Of a stretch of 64,000 nucleotides of DNA, positions 1 to 10,625 are shown piece by piece (positions within the stretch are counted from its first letter, which is position 1; every line of letters starts with the position of its first letter). The notes beneath the pieces were generated by a model. It saw only the letters and a list, made by a program, of their open reading frames with translations, was not told where the DNA came from and did not search any database. This stretch comes from Vulcanimicrobiota bacterium (GTDB taxonomy: Bacteria; Vulcanimicrobiota; Vulcanimicrobiia; Vulcanimicrobiales; Vulcanimicrobiaceae): positions 9,600 to 73,599 of the forward strand of contig CAVZQG010000013.1 of NCBI GenBank assembly GCA_963777365.1, in the 5' to 3' direction. Position numbers and translations under genes: made by a program.

Positions 1-1661
1 GCGCGGGATATCGCGACGGGGTGCCGCACGCGTTGGCCTCGTTCTATCGCACGCATCACCACGCGGCCCCGCTTATTAGAGAAGGCGGCGTTCCGGTCGA
101 GATTCACCGGGCTCTGGGTCCGCCGCAGTTCTTCTCGATCGATCTAACGCAGCGCGGATTGGCCTCGCACCTGGTTTCGGCGCCGGTGCGCGGCATGCGC
201 GCGAACATCCTGGATATCCAAGCCGCCGCGCTGCACCTTGCCGTTCACGGCGTACCTTATGCGGCGCTTCGCGATCTGTACCTGCTCGCAGCGGCCCTGG
301 GGTCGATGAGTATGCCGCAGCGAGCAGCGCTGCGCGCTCAAGCGGATGCCGAACGCAAAGAACGTGTCCGTTTAGCCGCCGTGCTCTATCAAGCGGCTGC
401 GCTGGCTCGCGTACCGTGGCCTGCGCAAGACTGCGTCGTCCGCTGCGCCCAGTGGTCGGTACAGCGCGAACAGATTCCGGCATGGCAGCAATCGCGCTCG
501 CAGTGCGCGGATGCGGCGCTTTCTTGCGCGTCCGGCGCGCCGGCACGTTTTATCGCGCACGCGCTTCCGCCGCCGGCGGGGCAGCCCATGCCGCGTTTGG
601 TTTTGCTGCACCCTTTGCGCGTCGCCTCCCGGCTCGCCGTCGGCGCCGCACTGCTCGCGCGTTACGGCATGTGGGAACACATACGGCGGACAAGCCGGCA
701 GCATCTACGCGATCTGGTACGGTCGAATGAAGCATTCTACCGGCTCGTCAGTGCGGCGCGATGGCGGTATGGCCCGTGGCGCACACAGGCGTTGCCGCCG
801 CAAACCGCTATCGCGCTCGAGCGGTATCCGGAACTTCGCACCTTTGTGCGCGATATTCGACGCGCGGCACGACTGCGTTGGAGCGCCCGGGCGCGCCGTC
901 ACGCGTTTGCAAACGCACTGACCACGCTTGTGCGCAGTCCCTTTCTGCTAGCCTATGTGAACGGCGAGCTGGAGCGTGTCGCAAAAGGTGAGTCGCTGGG
1001 TCGCCTGAATGAGTACGAGCAACGTCTCACGCTTCTGCAACTGCCCGAGTACGTGTTAAGCGTATCGTTCATCAATGTGCGACGCGCCTCACGCGAGATC
1101 GCCTCGACCGCCTGCAATGCTTGCTTTGCGCCGCTGCACGGGGACGTGCGGCTGGCACGATACCGCGTACCGCAAGAACTGCGGCGCGGGCTCTTCAGCC
1201 GCAGCGCCAAGCTCGAAGCACTCGGTGAGATGAATCTATCCGCACGGCAAGCAACGGAGTTGACACGGGCGAGTCAAGCGTACGCTCTACGCTCGGATCA
1301 CCCTGATATCGTCGGAATCATGTTTGAGGAACGGGCTCGCGAAGCGCTGGTTTGGCGCTTCGATCCGGACTCGCTGTCCTGCGTCGGCGTTACGCCGAGC
1401 GACGTGAAGATCACTCGGCTCAAGGAAACGCTGCGGTTTATCGAATCGATGAACATTCGCGATGCGGCGCCGTACGTGCGATCGCTGGCAACGCACACGT
1501 CGCACTTTCTGCGCTGGGCGGCGATCTCGACCCTGTACCGTTTGGATCGGCCTGCCGCGATGCCGCTGCTGCGGCGTGCAAAGCGCGATCCACACCCGCA
1601 CGTGCGCCGTGCCGCCGCCGTCCTGCTGAATGAAAGGCCGTCCGATGGCGTTAACGCTTGA
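1..1661 (+). CDS. Nucleotidyltransferase-family protein (NTP_transf_5-like), 5'-truncated by the window edge, with C-terminal HEAT-like repeats
   Basis: The frame is open from base 3, with no stop before the listed start at 21. VEIHRAL and ILDIQAAALHLAVHG...LRDLYLL resemble the uncharacterised nucleotidyltransferase family. The C-terminus (DAAPYVRSLA...DPHPHVRRAAAVLL) looks like HEAT/PBS-lyase repeats. Confidence 0.5.
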   Translation, partial: AGYRDGVPHALASFYRTHHHAAPLIREGGVPVEIHRALGPPQFFSIDLTQRGLASHLVSAPVRGMRANILDIQAAALHLAVHGVPYAALRDLYLLAAALGSMSMPQRAALRAQADAERKERVRLAAVLYQAAALARVPWPAQDCVVRCAQWSVQREQIPAWQQSRSQCADAALSCASGAPARFIAHALPPPAGQPMPRLVLLHPLRVASRLAVGAALLARYGMWEHIRRTSRQHLRDLVRSNEAFYRLVSAARWRYGPWRTQALPPQTAIALERYPELRTFVRDIRRAARLRWSARARRHAFANALTTLVRSPFLLAYVNGELERVAKGESLGRLNEYEQRLTLLQLPEYVLSVSFINVRRASREIASTACNACFAPLHGDVRLARYRVPQELRRGLFSRSAKLEALGEMNLSARQATELTRASQAYALRSDHPDIVGIMFEERAREALVWRFDPDSLSCVGVTPSDVKITRLKETLRFIESMNIRDAAPYVRSLATHTSHFLRWAAISTLYRLDRPAAMPLLRRAKRDPHPHVRRAAAVLLNERPSDGVNA

Positions 1662-2424
1662 AGCACCCAGCCACGAGCAGATAACGCTCGAGCAATTCGT
1701 CGAATACGTCGAACGCAATGTCGACGTCGAGGATTTCGACCAGCTTTGCGGGCTGGCGCCCACCTTCGCAAGCCTGCTGAATAATCCTCATCTGATCACG
1801 AACGTCATCGCGCGAGAATTGCAGCGCTGGCGCGACTTTCAGGATGGCAACGCGTACGTCGGTACGACGCTTATGCTGGCTTCGTCACGCAAGTTCTTCA
1901 TCCGCGCAAACATGTGGGTGCCGGTTGGCGGGGACAACGGTACCTATGGCGTGACGCATGACCACAACTTCTCGTTCCTTACGGGCGGTTATGCGGGCGC
2001 GGGATACACGACCGAGATCTATCGCCTTGAAAACGGCTTTGCCGCAAAATCGCCGGGCGATCGGGTGGACCTGGAATTCCAGGAGCGCACGACGTTGCCG
2101 CGCGGAAAGATCATGGTCTACGACGCTGCGCGCGACGTCCATCGACAGAATCGGCCGCAGGAGTTTTCGATCAGCATCAATGTGATGGTGCCCAAGGAAA
2201 TACGACTGCGCCCGCAATTCTACTACGATCTCAAGCGAAGCACGGTCACCGGCTGCAGCGTATGCGGAGGAGGGCCGGTCGCTCGCGCTTTTCAAGCTCG
2301 CGCAATTCGTTGCGGACGAGCAAACCAAACTGTTGCTGGCCGACATCGGAGCGGGTTCGGCCAACCAACACGTGCGCACTGCCGCAAGGCAGGCGCTCGA
2401 AGCGCTCCCTACTCACTCATGTAA
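1630..2424 (+). CDS. Hypothetical protein with HDH motif (possible cupin-like metal-binding fold), one apparent frameshift
   Basis: 264-codon ORF containing GVTHDHNFSFLTGGYAG. Around 2240-2265 the sensible protein continues in another frame (...AAAYAEEGRSLALFKLAQFVADEQTKLLLADIGAGSANQHVRTAARQALEAL). The fold assignment is a guess. Confidence 0.4.
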   Translation: MKGRPMALTLEAPSHEQITLEQFVEYVERNVDVEDFDQLCGLAPTFASLLNNPHLITNVIARELQRWRDFQDGNAYVGTTLMLASSRKFFIRANMWVPVGGDNGTYGVTHDHNFSFLTGGYAGAGYTTEIYRLENGFAAKSPGDRVDLEFQERTTLPRGKIMVYDAARDVHRQNRPQEFSISINVMVPKEIRLRPQFYYDLKRSTVTGCSVCGGGPVARAFQARAIRCGRANQTVAGRHRSGFGQPTRAHCRKAGARSAPYSLM

Positions 2425-2681
2425 AGCAAGCAGTAAGGAGGTACACATTGGAGAACGCACCGTACGAGGCCCCCGAGGTCATCTCGTTCGTCCGCTTGGC
2501 CTGCAACCTCACGTGCGAGCGCATCCACATCATGCGTCCCATCGCACAAGCGCAACACCTTGGCTGCCGCCCGATTCAAAACATGAACCTTTCCGTGCAC
2601 GCGATCGTGCACGAGCACCTCGTCACCCGAATCCTGAAATTCAAGCGACTCAATAGCGAGCGCGTTTGCGGGCTTCTCCAT
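2409..2681 (-). CDS. PqqD-like / RiPP-recognition-element-like small protein (strand call ambiguous, see findings)
   Basis: About 90 aa from MEKPANAL. The motif GDEVLVHDRVHGKVHVLNRAAAKVLRLCDGTHDVDALAREVA matches the PqqD/lasso-B1 pattern (xLNxxAAxVxxLCDGxxxV). An antisense ORF with a strong Shine-Dalgarno (SD) sequence overlaps it completely. Confidence 0.5.
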   Translation of the reverse strand: MEKPANALAIESLEFQDSGDEVLVHDRVHGKVHVLNRAAAKVLRLCDGTHDVDALAREVAGQADERDDLGGLVRCVLQCVPPYCLLYMSE

Positions 2682-2814
2682 TAGAGCTGCGTCGTTTCGT
2701 TGCCTCGCATCGCCATTCCGCCCTTCGCGCACTTCAGGCTTTTTTCATGAGTCTACGGGCACTATTGCAATGCGGTTCGCCGCGGCGCGGCAACGCTGAG
2801 CTGCGATATGCCGC

Positions 2815-3607
2815 ATGCTTTTATTTTCTCCGGGATTAATCGATGTGCAAGAGCACCTGACCGATCGCGACCTTTTATGGAACGGCGAGCGCGGGGCCGG
2901 TGGAATCTCATGGATCGATCGCAGCCGGATGGGCCCGCTGCGAGGCGTGATCGATGCCGCCGACGAGAGCGGCCGGCGTAACGCGTACATGCACACCATC
3001 CACACGAGGGTTCTCGCTAGGGTATTGTCGCGCACTCCGGTCCTGCGGCGCGCGCTGGATTTCGGCTGCGGAACGGGCCGTTTTCTACAAACGATTTCGG
3101 AACATTGTCCGCAAGTGTATGCGATCGATAAGGAGCCCTCGATGGTTGCGGCTTCTCGCGAATACAGCGGCCGCTTTGCAGCGAAGATCGAGTGCTGCAG
3201 TCCGGAGCGGACGCCGTTTGCATCGAATTTCTTCGATTTTGTTCTTTGCGCGTTCGTCTTATGCGTGACGACCACCGAGCTGTTCGATACATCGCTTGCG
3301 GAGATCGCCCGCATTTGCAACCCCGGCGGATCGCTGCTGCTGATGGAGCAGGTCACGAGCCGGCGGGGGCTTACGCTTAGCCGCTATTGCTCGGCACTTC
3401 GAACGGCCGGATTTGAAGTTGTGCGGGCGTACCCGATCCGTTCCGGCGCATCGCGCTTTACGGCATTGGTTACGGCGCGGTCTTGGATTCCGGCTTCGCT
3501 TTTCTGCGGCGCTCGCGGCATTCGAGATCGCTCGAACCGCAAGCCACGTCCGGCCTCCCGGACCCACGTCGTATTCGGAGTACGCGATTCTGGCGCGACG
3601 GCGGTAG
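2815..3607 (+). CDS. Class I SAM-dependent methyltransferase (3' end uncertain, probable frameshift near 3470-3490)
   Basis: Motif I is RALDFGCGTGRF, post-I is VYAIDKEPSMV, and CNPGGSLLLMEQV follows. After about 3480 the listed frame becomes Arg-rich nonsense. The frame of ORF 3413..3607 ends plausibly (...YSEYAILARRR*). Confidence 0.6.
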
Positions 3608-3661
3608 GCTTAAGCGAAAAAACGCGGCATGGGATCGAGACCCGGCTGCGAAGGATCCCGT

Positions 3662-4217
3662 ATGAAAAGACTGTGGTTAGCCGCCGCAGCGGCGGCCTTA
3701 TTCCTACCCGGCGTCGCCGCCGCGGCCGGCAGTCCGGCCGGTGCCGCGACCAAGATCGTCGTTATCCACGCCGCGTCGATGCAGAGCACGCAAAGCCTGA
3801 GCGGCAGCTGCTTCGCAAGTTCGATCGCTTCCCGGCGTTCGGACGCCTATCGCTGCATGACGGGCAACAGCATTCACGATCCATGTTTTTCCGTTGACGC
3901 TAAAACGGTCGCCTGCCCGACGAATCCGGGCGCGGATTCCGGTGTACGTATCACCCTGACCAAGCCGCTTCCAACCGCCAATACCGGCAACGGACGTAGC
4001 GCCTGGATGATGCGTCTTGCCGGTGGAACGACCTGCAACATGGGAACCGGAACCGTCATTCCGGATTATCCGTTCTACTGCACCGGAAATCTGGTGTGCG
4101 CCGCACCCGCCGCAGGCGATGGGTACGCACGCGGTCTACGTGCAGTGCGGAAAGCCGAAGAACGCCATGAGCGTCATCGAAGCCGGACGCAAATTCGTCG
4201 CGATCATGTACGAATAG
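3662..4217 (+). CDS. Secreted Cys-rich hypothetical protein, one apparent frameshift (~4110-4125)
   Basis: Signal peptide MKRLWLAAAAAALFLPGVAAA and eight or more Cys. The C-terminal continuation lies in the frame of ORF 4017..4217 (...AVYVQCGKPKNAMSVIEAGRKFVAIMYE*). Confidence 0.45.
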
Positions 4218-4241
4218 CAGAATGCGTTAGGCGCGGCAAGC

Positions 4242-7200
4242 CTATGAAACGGAAAGCAGCTCGCGTCTGGATCCGGGCAAAATGATACCGGTGAGTTGAA
4301 GAGGATCGTACGTACCGATCTGCGCGATCTCCGGCTCGTCACCGGCGCGGCGCGATGCGCGCAGCGCCTCAATTGCCTCGGGAAGCGCAAATTGCTCGCC
4401 GACGAATCCGCTGACGAAGCGGCCGCCCCGAATCTCGCCGCGCGCCTCCAAACGCCGCAGCGCCTGTAACAGTTCACGCCACGGCGGCGCGAGGCTTTCC
4501 CGTGCGATCACATCTCGAAAGACGACACCCCAGCGCGCGAGCAAACGCCGCGCGAATCTCTCGGCATCGATGTGCTGCGTCATCGATGCGAGCTGCGTCC
4601 ATCGTCCGCTGGAGGATCGCGGACGAGCGCGTAAACCCTTCTCGCCCAGCCGGCGCTTTGCATCGATGAGCGAACGCAGCGCATCGAATCCGTCGGCGGT
4701 TATCAGGCCCGCCGCAACGAGTTGCCACAATGCTTCTTCCACTTCCGCCGGCAGACGTTTGGTCGCGCGTACGATATCGCCGAAAAATGGTGCGCCCCGG
4801 CGTTCGATTTCCGCAAGCACTTCGCGCGCGGCGTGCGAGAGCCCACTCGATCCGACGTCACTGCGCACGATGAGCTCCTCGGCGTCTTCTCGCCGGAAGA
4901 TCGAGATCGGCGCGAGTTTGGTGGGCCGGATGCGCCGCGTTTGCTCTTCCTGCTCGGTGTTCAGGGCCGGATGCGGCGCAAGACGCCCCCACATCACTTC
5001 GCCCGAGTAACAAAGTTTGTCGAGATATTCGGGCCGGTAGCCGGCGATACGGGCGGGGAAAATTTGGCTTTCCCAAGCCGCCGCCGGTATCTCGTACCCT
5101 TCGAGCTGACGAATGATCTGAAGCGTTCCGTCGACGCCGTGCAGGCGCGATGCGGGCGCAACGTGTTGCCAGCGCTGCAAGAAGCGATGGTACTGCGCGG
5201 CCGTTACGGGTTCGATCTCGCGTCGAAGCTGTCCGATAGTCCGCCGGTGAATTCGCGCGAGCACCCGGCGGTTGCACCATTCTTCGGTATCGGCCGCGGA
5301 ACCGGCCGCGCAGCAGCTGCCCTTGCGTTTCCAAGCGAATCAACGCCGTTTCGATCAGCGCATAATCCACGCCGAAGCGCTGCGCTAATTCGCCGGACGT
5401 AAGCGGTCCGCTCGATTCCAGCCAGCCTCGAAGGATCTCGGCGAACGCCTCTTCCTGACTTCCCGGCAGGTCGGTCTGCGGTACCGCAGCGATGTCAGGA
5501 TCGATGGTTGATTCCGGATATGCCAAGCGCGCGAGATCCAATCGTTCGGCGCTGGTCCAAAAGCGCATGTCACCGAATCGGAGCAGCGTTGCGCGCTTCT
5601 GTGCGGCAAGTTCGTCGAACCACTGACTCCACGCCGGCTCGGGCGGCAGCACGATCAGCGTTAAGAGCGCGTCGTGCAGCTCGTCGGCGTCACGCGCGAC
5701 CGGCCAGGACTCCTGCGCAACCTCGGCAATCACGGCCGCATCGAGAATCCCGGCACCGTCGAGGTCGTCGCGAATCGTGCGCCGCAGCTGGACCGCGCGC
5801 GTGCGCCGTTCTTCCAGCGGCGCGTCGTCCAAAAATGCGTACGGATTCGCGTTCAAAATCTCGTGACAGAACGGCGAGGGCTCCGGCGTGTCCACCGCGG
5901 CGGTGCGAATCGCGCCGCTTTCGACGCGCTGCAAAATCGCGATGAGTCCGTCCAAATCCATCGCTTCATGCAGACAGTTTCCAATCGTCTCGCGCACCAG
6001 TACGTGATCGGGAATGCGAATCGGACCGGTCAAATTTTCCGCGCAAGCCGCTTGGTCGGGAAAACAGGATGCGAGCAGATCGTCCGCCCGCATGCGCTGT
6101 AGCTGCGGCGGAACCTTGCGGCCATTGCGCATGCGCAGGATTGCAAGCGCGCGGGTTGCGTTCCAGCGCCAGCGAGCGGCGAACATCGGTGCGGCTAACA
6201 GGGCCTGGGTCAGCGTGTATTCGACGCTCGCCGTTTTCACGTATTCAAAGACGATTTCGAGCGGAAACGCGTGCTGATCGGTAAGCGAGAGCACGAGGCC
6301 GTTATCCGTGGCCGCAGCCTGGAGTTCGATGTTGAACGAGCGGCAGAATTTCTTGCGCAGCGCAAGTCCCCACGCACGATTTATGCGCGCGCCGAAGGGC
6401 GTATGCAGGATGAGCTGCATGCCGCCGCCCTCGTCGAAGAATCGCTCGGCGACGATCGTACGATCCGTCGGGACGACGCCCAGAATCTTCTTGCCCGCGC
6501 GCACGTACGCGACGGCCTGCTCGGCGCCGGCACGGTCCAGACCGCAAAGGCTCATCAGCAGGTCGTGTGCGGCCGCATCATCGCGTTCGTCGATGTCCGC
6601 GCGCAAAGCGGATACCTCGTGCGAGAGCTCGATCGTGCGTCCCGGCCCCTCACCATTCCAAAACGGAACCGTCGGCGCCGCCCCATGTGCGTCCTCGACG
6701 CGCACGGTGCCCGGCTCGACTCGCCGAATGCGCCACGAGTTCGTACCGAGCAAGAACACGTCGCCGGCTAAGCTTTCCACGGCGAAATCTTCGTCCAGCG
6801 TGCCGATGATTTGCCCTTCGGGCTCGGCTACCACGTTGTAGTTGGCGGTCTCGGGAATCGCGCCGCCCGACGTGATTGCGGCCATCCGGGCCCCGCGACG
6901 CGCGCGCACGCGTCCGTTGACGCGATCGAGATGCACGTATGCGCCGCTGCGGCCGCGCGAGTGCGCGACGCCGTCGGCGAGCATGGTCATGACGTCGTCG
7001 AAATCCTTGCGCTCGAGATCGCGGTACGGATACGCGCTGCGCATCAGCGCGTACAGCTCATCGACGTCCCACTCCTGGGTTGCGGTCGTCGCCACGATCT
7101 GCTGCGCGAGGATGTCGAGCGGCGCGGTCGGAATCGTGAGCGCGTCGATGCTCCCCGAGCGCAGCGCTCGCACCAGAGCCGCACATTCAATCAGTTCGTC

Positions 7201-8346
7201 GCGCGTTACTGCAAAAAGACGGCCTTCGGGTTTTGCTCCGACCCAGTGCCCGGAACGGCCGATACGCTGAAGCGCGACCGCAATCGATCGCGGCGATCCG
7301 AGTTGCACGACCAAATCGATCGTGCCGATATCGATGCCCAGTTCGAGCGAAGCCGTCGCGACAACCGCACGCAGCTCGCCGTTCTTCAGGCGATGCTCCG
7401 CCTCGAAACGCTTCTCTTTCGAAAGGCTGCCGTGATGCGGCATCACGATGCCCTCGCCCAACCGCTCGGTGAGCGCGAACGCAACACGTTCGCTCATCCG
7501 CCGCGTTCCAACGAAGATCAGCGTGGTGCGATGTGCACGGATGTGATCCGCTACGCGATCGTAGATCTCGCCCCACATCTCGGTACTTGCGACCGGCCCG
7601 AGCTCGTCACTCGGCACCTCCACCGCGATGCCCATCTCACGGCGGCTGCCGACATCGACGATCCGGGCCGCCGGACTCAGAAACCGCGAGACGTCCTCGA
7701 GCGGGCGCACCGTGGCGGACAGGCCGATGCGCTGCGGTTTACGTCCGCTGTGCGCCTGCACGAGATGCTCGAGCCGTGCGAGCGTCAAGGCAAGATGCGA
7801 TCCGCGCTTATCAGCCGCCATGGCATGAATCTCGTCGACGATGACCGTGGATACATGCGTGAACAGCGCGCGCGATTTCTCCGCGGTAAGCAGAATAAAT
7901 AGCGATTCGGGCGTGGTCACGAGCACGTGGGGCGGCCGGCGAAGCATCCGCGCACGTTCGGCTTGCGTCGTGTCGCCCGTGCGCACCGCCGTACGGATTG
8001 GCGAAAGCGGGATGTCGTGCGCAGCGGCCAGCGAGAGCATCTCGCCCAGCGGCGCCTCCAGGTTTTTTCGAACGTCGTTCGTGAGCGCCTTGAGCGGCGA
8101 GACGTACACGACGAGCGTTTGATCGGGCAGTTCACCTTCGCACGCCTGCCGCAGCAGCTCGTTCAAGCAGATCGAGAATGCGGCCAAGGTTTTTCCCGAG
8201 CCGGTCGGAGCGGAGATGAGAACATCGTGGCCGGCCGTGATGATCGGCCAGCCTTCAACTTGCGGCTGTGTCGGCGTCCAGGCGCGCGATCCGAACCACT
8301 CTTGAAGCAGCGGATGAAAACGATCAAGCACGGTCGCTCTATTCAA
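4242..8346 (-). CDS. lhr: Lhr-type large ATP-dependent DEAD/DEAH-box helicase, one frameshift (~5290-5305)
   Basis: N-terminus FHPLLQEWF...ISAPTGSGKTLAAF (Walker A), VIVDEIHAM (DExH box) and a long Lhr-like C-terminal extension. ORFs 4858..8346 and 4242..5264 join at ...ETQGQLLRGRF / AADTEEWCNRRVLARIHRR. Confidence 0.85.
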
Positions 8347-8380
8347 CCCCCGGCCGCGATAGTCGTTTGCGCCGGCGAGC

Positions 8381-8896
8381 CTACTTCGTCGCGGTCACCT
8401 GCGCGGGCGTCACGGCCGAGGCATGATTGCCCCAGGAAGCGCGCACGTACGTGATGACGGCGGCGATGTCCGGGTCGCTTAGCGTACCTTTCCATGCGGG
8501 CATCTGGCCGTTATACGTCGTGGACCCGACCATGATTTTGCCGCTCAGTCCGTCCTTAACGATATGGATGACCTTATCCGGCGGACCGGTGACGACCGCG
8601 TTGCCCGCAAGCGGTGGAAAGACGCCTGCTTGCCCCTTGCCGTTGGCTTGATGGCAGCTGGAGCAGTTGGTCGTGAAGACCTTCATGCCGTTTGCGCTGG
8701 CCATTGCCCCGCCGGCCATCGTGGCGCCCGACATCGCCGAGCTTTTGGCGGCGCTTGCAGCCGGCGATGCGCCCGGCGAGGAAGCCGTCGAGCTCGAGCT
8801 GCTTTTTCCGCCGGAACAGGCCGCCGCCGCAACGACGAGTATCGCGGCCGTGAGCAGGGCGGATACGGTTTTCTGCATGCCCCTTGTTCCTTTCAC
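8381..8896 (-). CDS. Monohaem c-type cytochrome, lipoprotein-type signal
   Basis: Lipobox-like signal LLTAAILVVAAAACSG, haem motif CSSCH, distal Met region GQMPAWKG, and a low-complexity Ser/Ala linker. Confidence 0.8.
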   Translation of the reverse strand: MKGTRGMQKTVSALLTAAILVVAAAACSGGKSSSSSTASSPGASPAASAAKSSAMSGATMAGGAMASANGMKVFTTNCSSCHQANGKGQAGVFPPLAGNAVVTGPPDKVIHIVKDGLSGKIMVGSTTYNGQMPAWKGTLSDPDIAAVITYVRASWGNHASAVTPAQVTATK

Positions 8897-8965
8897 AAAA
8901 ATGCCTATGCGTTGGGTTAATACTTCCTCCGCCTGTACGCGCCTCTAATGGAAGCGGGCGCCGGT

Positions 8966-9337
8966 TTATTGCCGGTTCCAGCGCGTACCGTCTTCGAAAT
9001 CGACCGTGTAGGCGCGGCATGAAACGACGCGTCCGGCCGGCGGCGACAGGAAATCGCGAGCGGTTGCGATCGCGAGCAGACGTTTGCCGGTACCCGCACG
9101 TATCGGAGATGCAAAGGTATAAAAGCCGGTATGCACGGCACGATCTTCTCCGGTGGTACGCACGATTGCTTCGACCCGCTCGACGTCGCGATCCGAATGA
9201 TTAAACGCGTGACTTTCAATGCGCGCATCGGTAACGTTGATTGGTGCAACCGAGCAATCCGCGAGGGACACCGGAGCGGGTCGCGCGCAAGCCGCCGGCA
9301 GTATTGCCAGAAAAACCGCAAATAGAGACATCCTCAC
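8966..9337 (-). CDS. Hypothetical lipoprotein
   Basis: Signal plus Cys (MSLFAVFLAILPAACA). 123 aa with ordinary composition and no recognised domain. Confidence 0.5.
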   Translation of the reverse strand: MRMSLFAVFLAILPAACARPAPVSLADCSVAPINVTDARIESHAFNHSDRDVERVEAIVRTTGEDRAVHTGFYTFASPIRAGTGKRLLAIATARDFLSPPAGRVVSCRAYTVDFEDGTRWNRQ

Positions 9338-9347
9338 AATACAATCA

Positions 9348-10625
9348 TTAAAGAATCTGCGTCTGACGGAGAGCTGACGGCTCGTTCGGCGCCACCGGCC
9401 GCGCGGACATCGCCCAGGCGAGCGCGACGAGCAGAAAGTTCGCCACGAGCGAGCTCCCGCCGTACGATATGAACGGCAGCGTGATGCCCGTGAGCGGAAA
9501 GAGTCCGATGACGCCGCCCACGATGATGAAGACTTGAAAGCCCAGCGTCGCGCTCAGGCCAACCGCCAGCAAACGCGTGTAGAGGTCGGGTTGCACGAGC
9601 GCGATATCGAGTATGCGCCGCACCAGCAGCAACAAGAGCGCAAGCACGATAACCGCGCCGATGAGTCCGAACTCTTCGCTGAGCGCGGCATAAATATAAT
9701 CGGTCCCCGCATCAGGTATGTATCCCGGATGGCCCAGGCGGTATCCGGTCCCAAAAATGCCGCCTGCCGCAAGCGAATAATAGCCTTGCGCCGCTTGATA
9801 ACCGGCCCCGAACGGGTCGGCGAATGGGTTGCGCCAAACGGCGATGCGCGCGCCTACGTACGTGTAGTGGCGCACCACCCATGCCGCGACGCCGCCAAAA
9901 ACTACCGAACTTCCGACGAGCAAATCCCATCTGCGCGTTGCGGCAAAGAGCAGCACCGAAAACGTCGCAAGCAGCAATGCCGCCATCCCGATGTCGCGCT
10001 GCAGAATGAGTATAGCCATCGAGAGGCCCCAGCCCAGAAAGAGCGGGCCTAAATACTTCAGGTTCGCGCGAATCGACCAAGGCCGCGCGCGAGCGATGAC
10101 GTCGGCTGTTTCGGCAAGGTACGCGGCCAAGAAAAACACGATGAACAGTTTAATGAGTTCAATCGGTTCGTACTGCACCGGTCCCAGACGAATCCATAAG
10201 CGCGCACCGTTCACTTCTTGACCGAATACGATCAGCAGAACGAACATGACAAACGACAAGAGGACCCACACGTACTTGAACTGAGCCATACGCCGGAAAA
10301 ACGCGATCGCGGGCGCCAGCACGATAACGAGCGCGAGCGAGATCAGCAGCCAGTACTGCTGTTTATGCGCCAGTTCCGGCGAGATGCGCGCAACGAGCAG
10401 CAGCCCGATCGCCGCCAGCACGATTGCGATTGCCGGCAGCACGTCGTCTCGCCGTGTGGCCGGCGGCGCGGTGAGTACCCACGTGATGCTCAGAGCAACG
10501 AGCAGCGCGAGCAGCCACGGCGGACCCATCGTGCCCGGCGGAGCGAACGAAAGCGCAAAAGCCGAGATGGCTAAGGCCATCGCGGTTGGAAGCAGGCGCC
10601 GAAGCACCGTTGCTATCTGATACAA
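9348..10625 (-). CDS. SEDS-family glycosyltransferase (FtsW/RodA/SpoVE)
   Basis: Polytopic membrane protein with the family signature ...TDYIYAALSEEFGLIGAVIV... and PFISYGGSS. It sits directly after the PP2C and FHA genes, as rodA does in actinobacterial clusters. Confidence 0.85.
   Translation of the reverse strand: MYQIATVLRRLLPTAMALAISAFALSFAPPGTMGPPWLLALLVALSITWVLTAPPATRRDDVLPAIAIVLAAIGLLLVARISPELAHKQQYWLLISLALVIVLAPAIAFFRRMAQFKYVWVLLSFVMFVLLIVFGQEVNGARLWIRLGPVQYEPIELIKLFIVFFLAAYLAETADVIARARPWSIRANLKYLGPLFLGWGLSMAILILQRDIGMAALLLATFSVLLFAATRRWDLLVGSSVVFGGVAAWVVRHYTYVGARIAVWRNPFADPFGAGYQAAQGYYSLAAGGIFGTGYRLGHPGYIPDAGTDYIYAALSEEFGLIGAVIVLALLLLLVRRILDIALVQPDLYTRLLAVGLSATLGFQVFIIVGGVIGLFPLTGITLPFISYGGSSLVANFLLVALAWAMSARPVAPNEPSALRQTQIL

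Noticed and set aside
2747-2839. A 30-codon plus-strand ORF (MSLRALLQCGSPRRGNAELRYAACFYFLRD) between the PqqD-like ORF and the methyltransferase, as a possible RiPP precursor.
   Set aside because: It has no SD, overlaps the methyltransferase start out of frame, and has no leader/core features I can defend.
5508-8454. Many long plus-strand ORFs (for example 6811..7902 at 363 aa, 6308..6841, 7927..8454) lie inside the lhr region. Similar antisense or alternative-frame ORFs occur throughout the track.
   Set aside because: They are Arg/Ala/Pro-rich, lack motifs and completely overlap a well-supported helicase gene. These are typical shadow ORFs of a high-GC genome.
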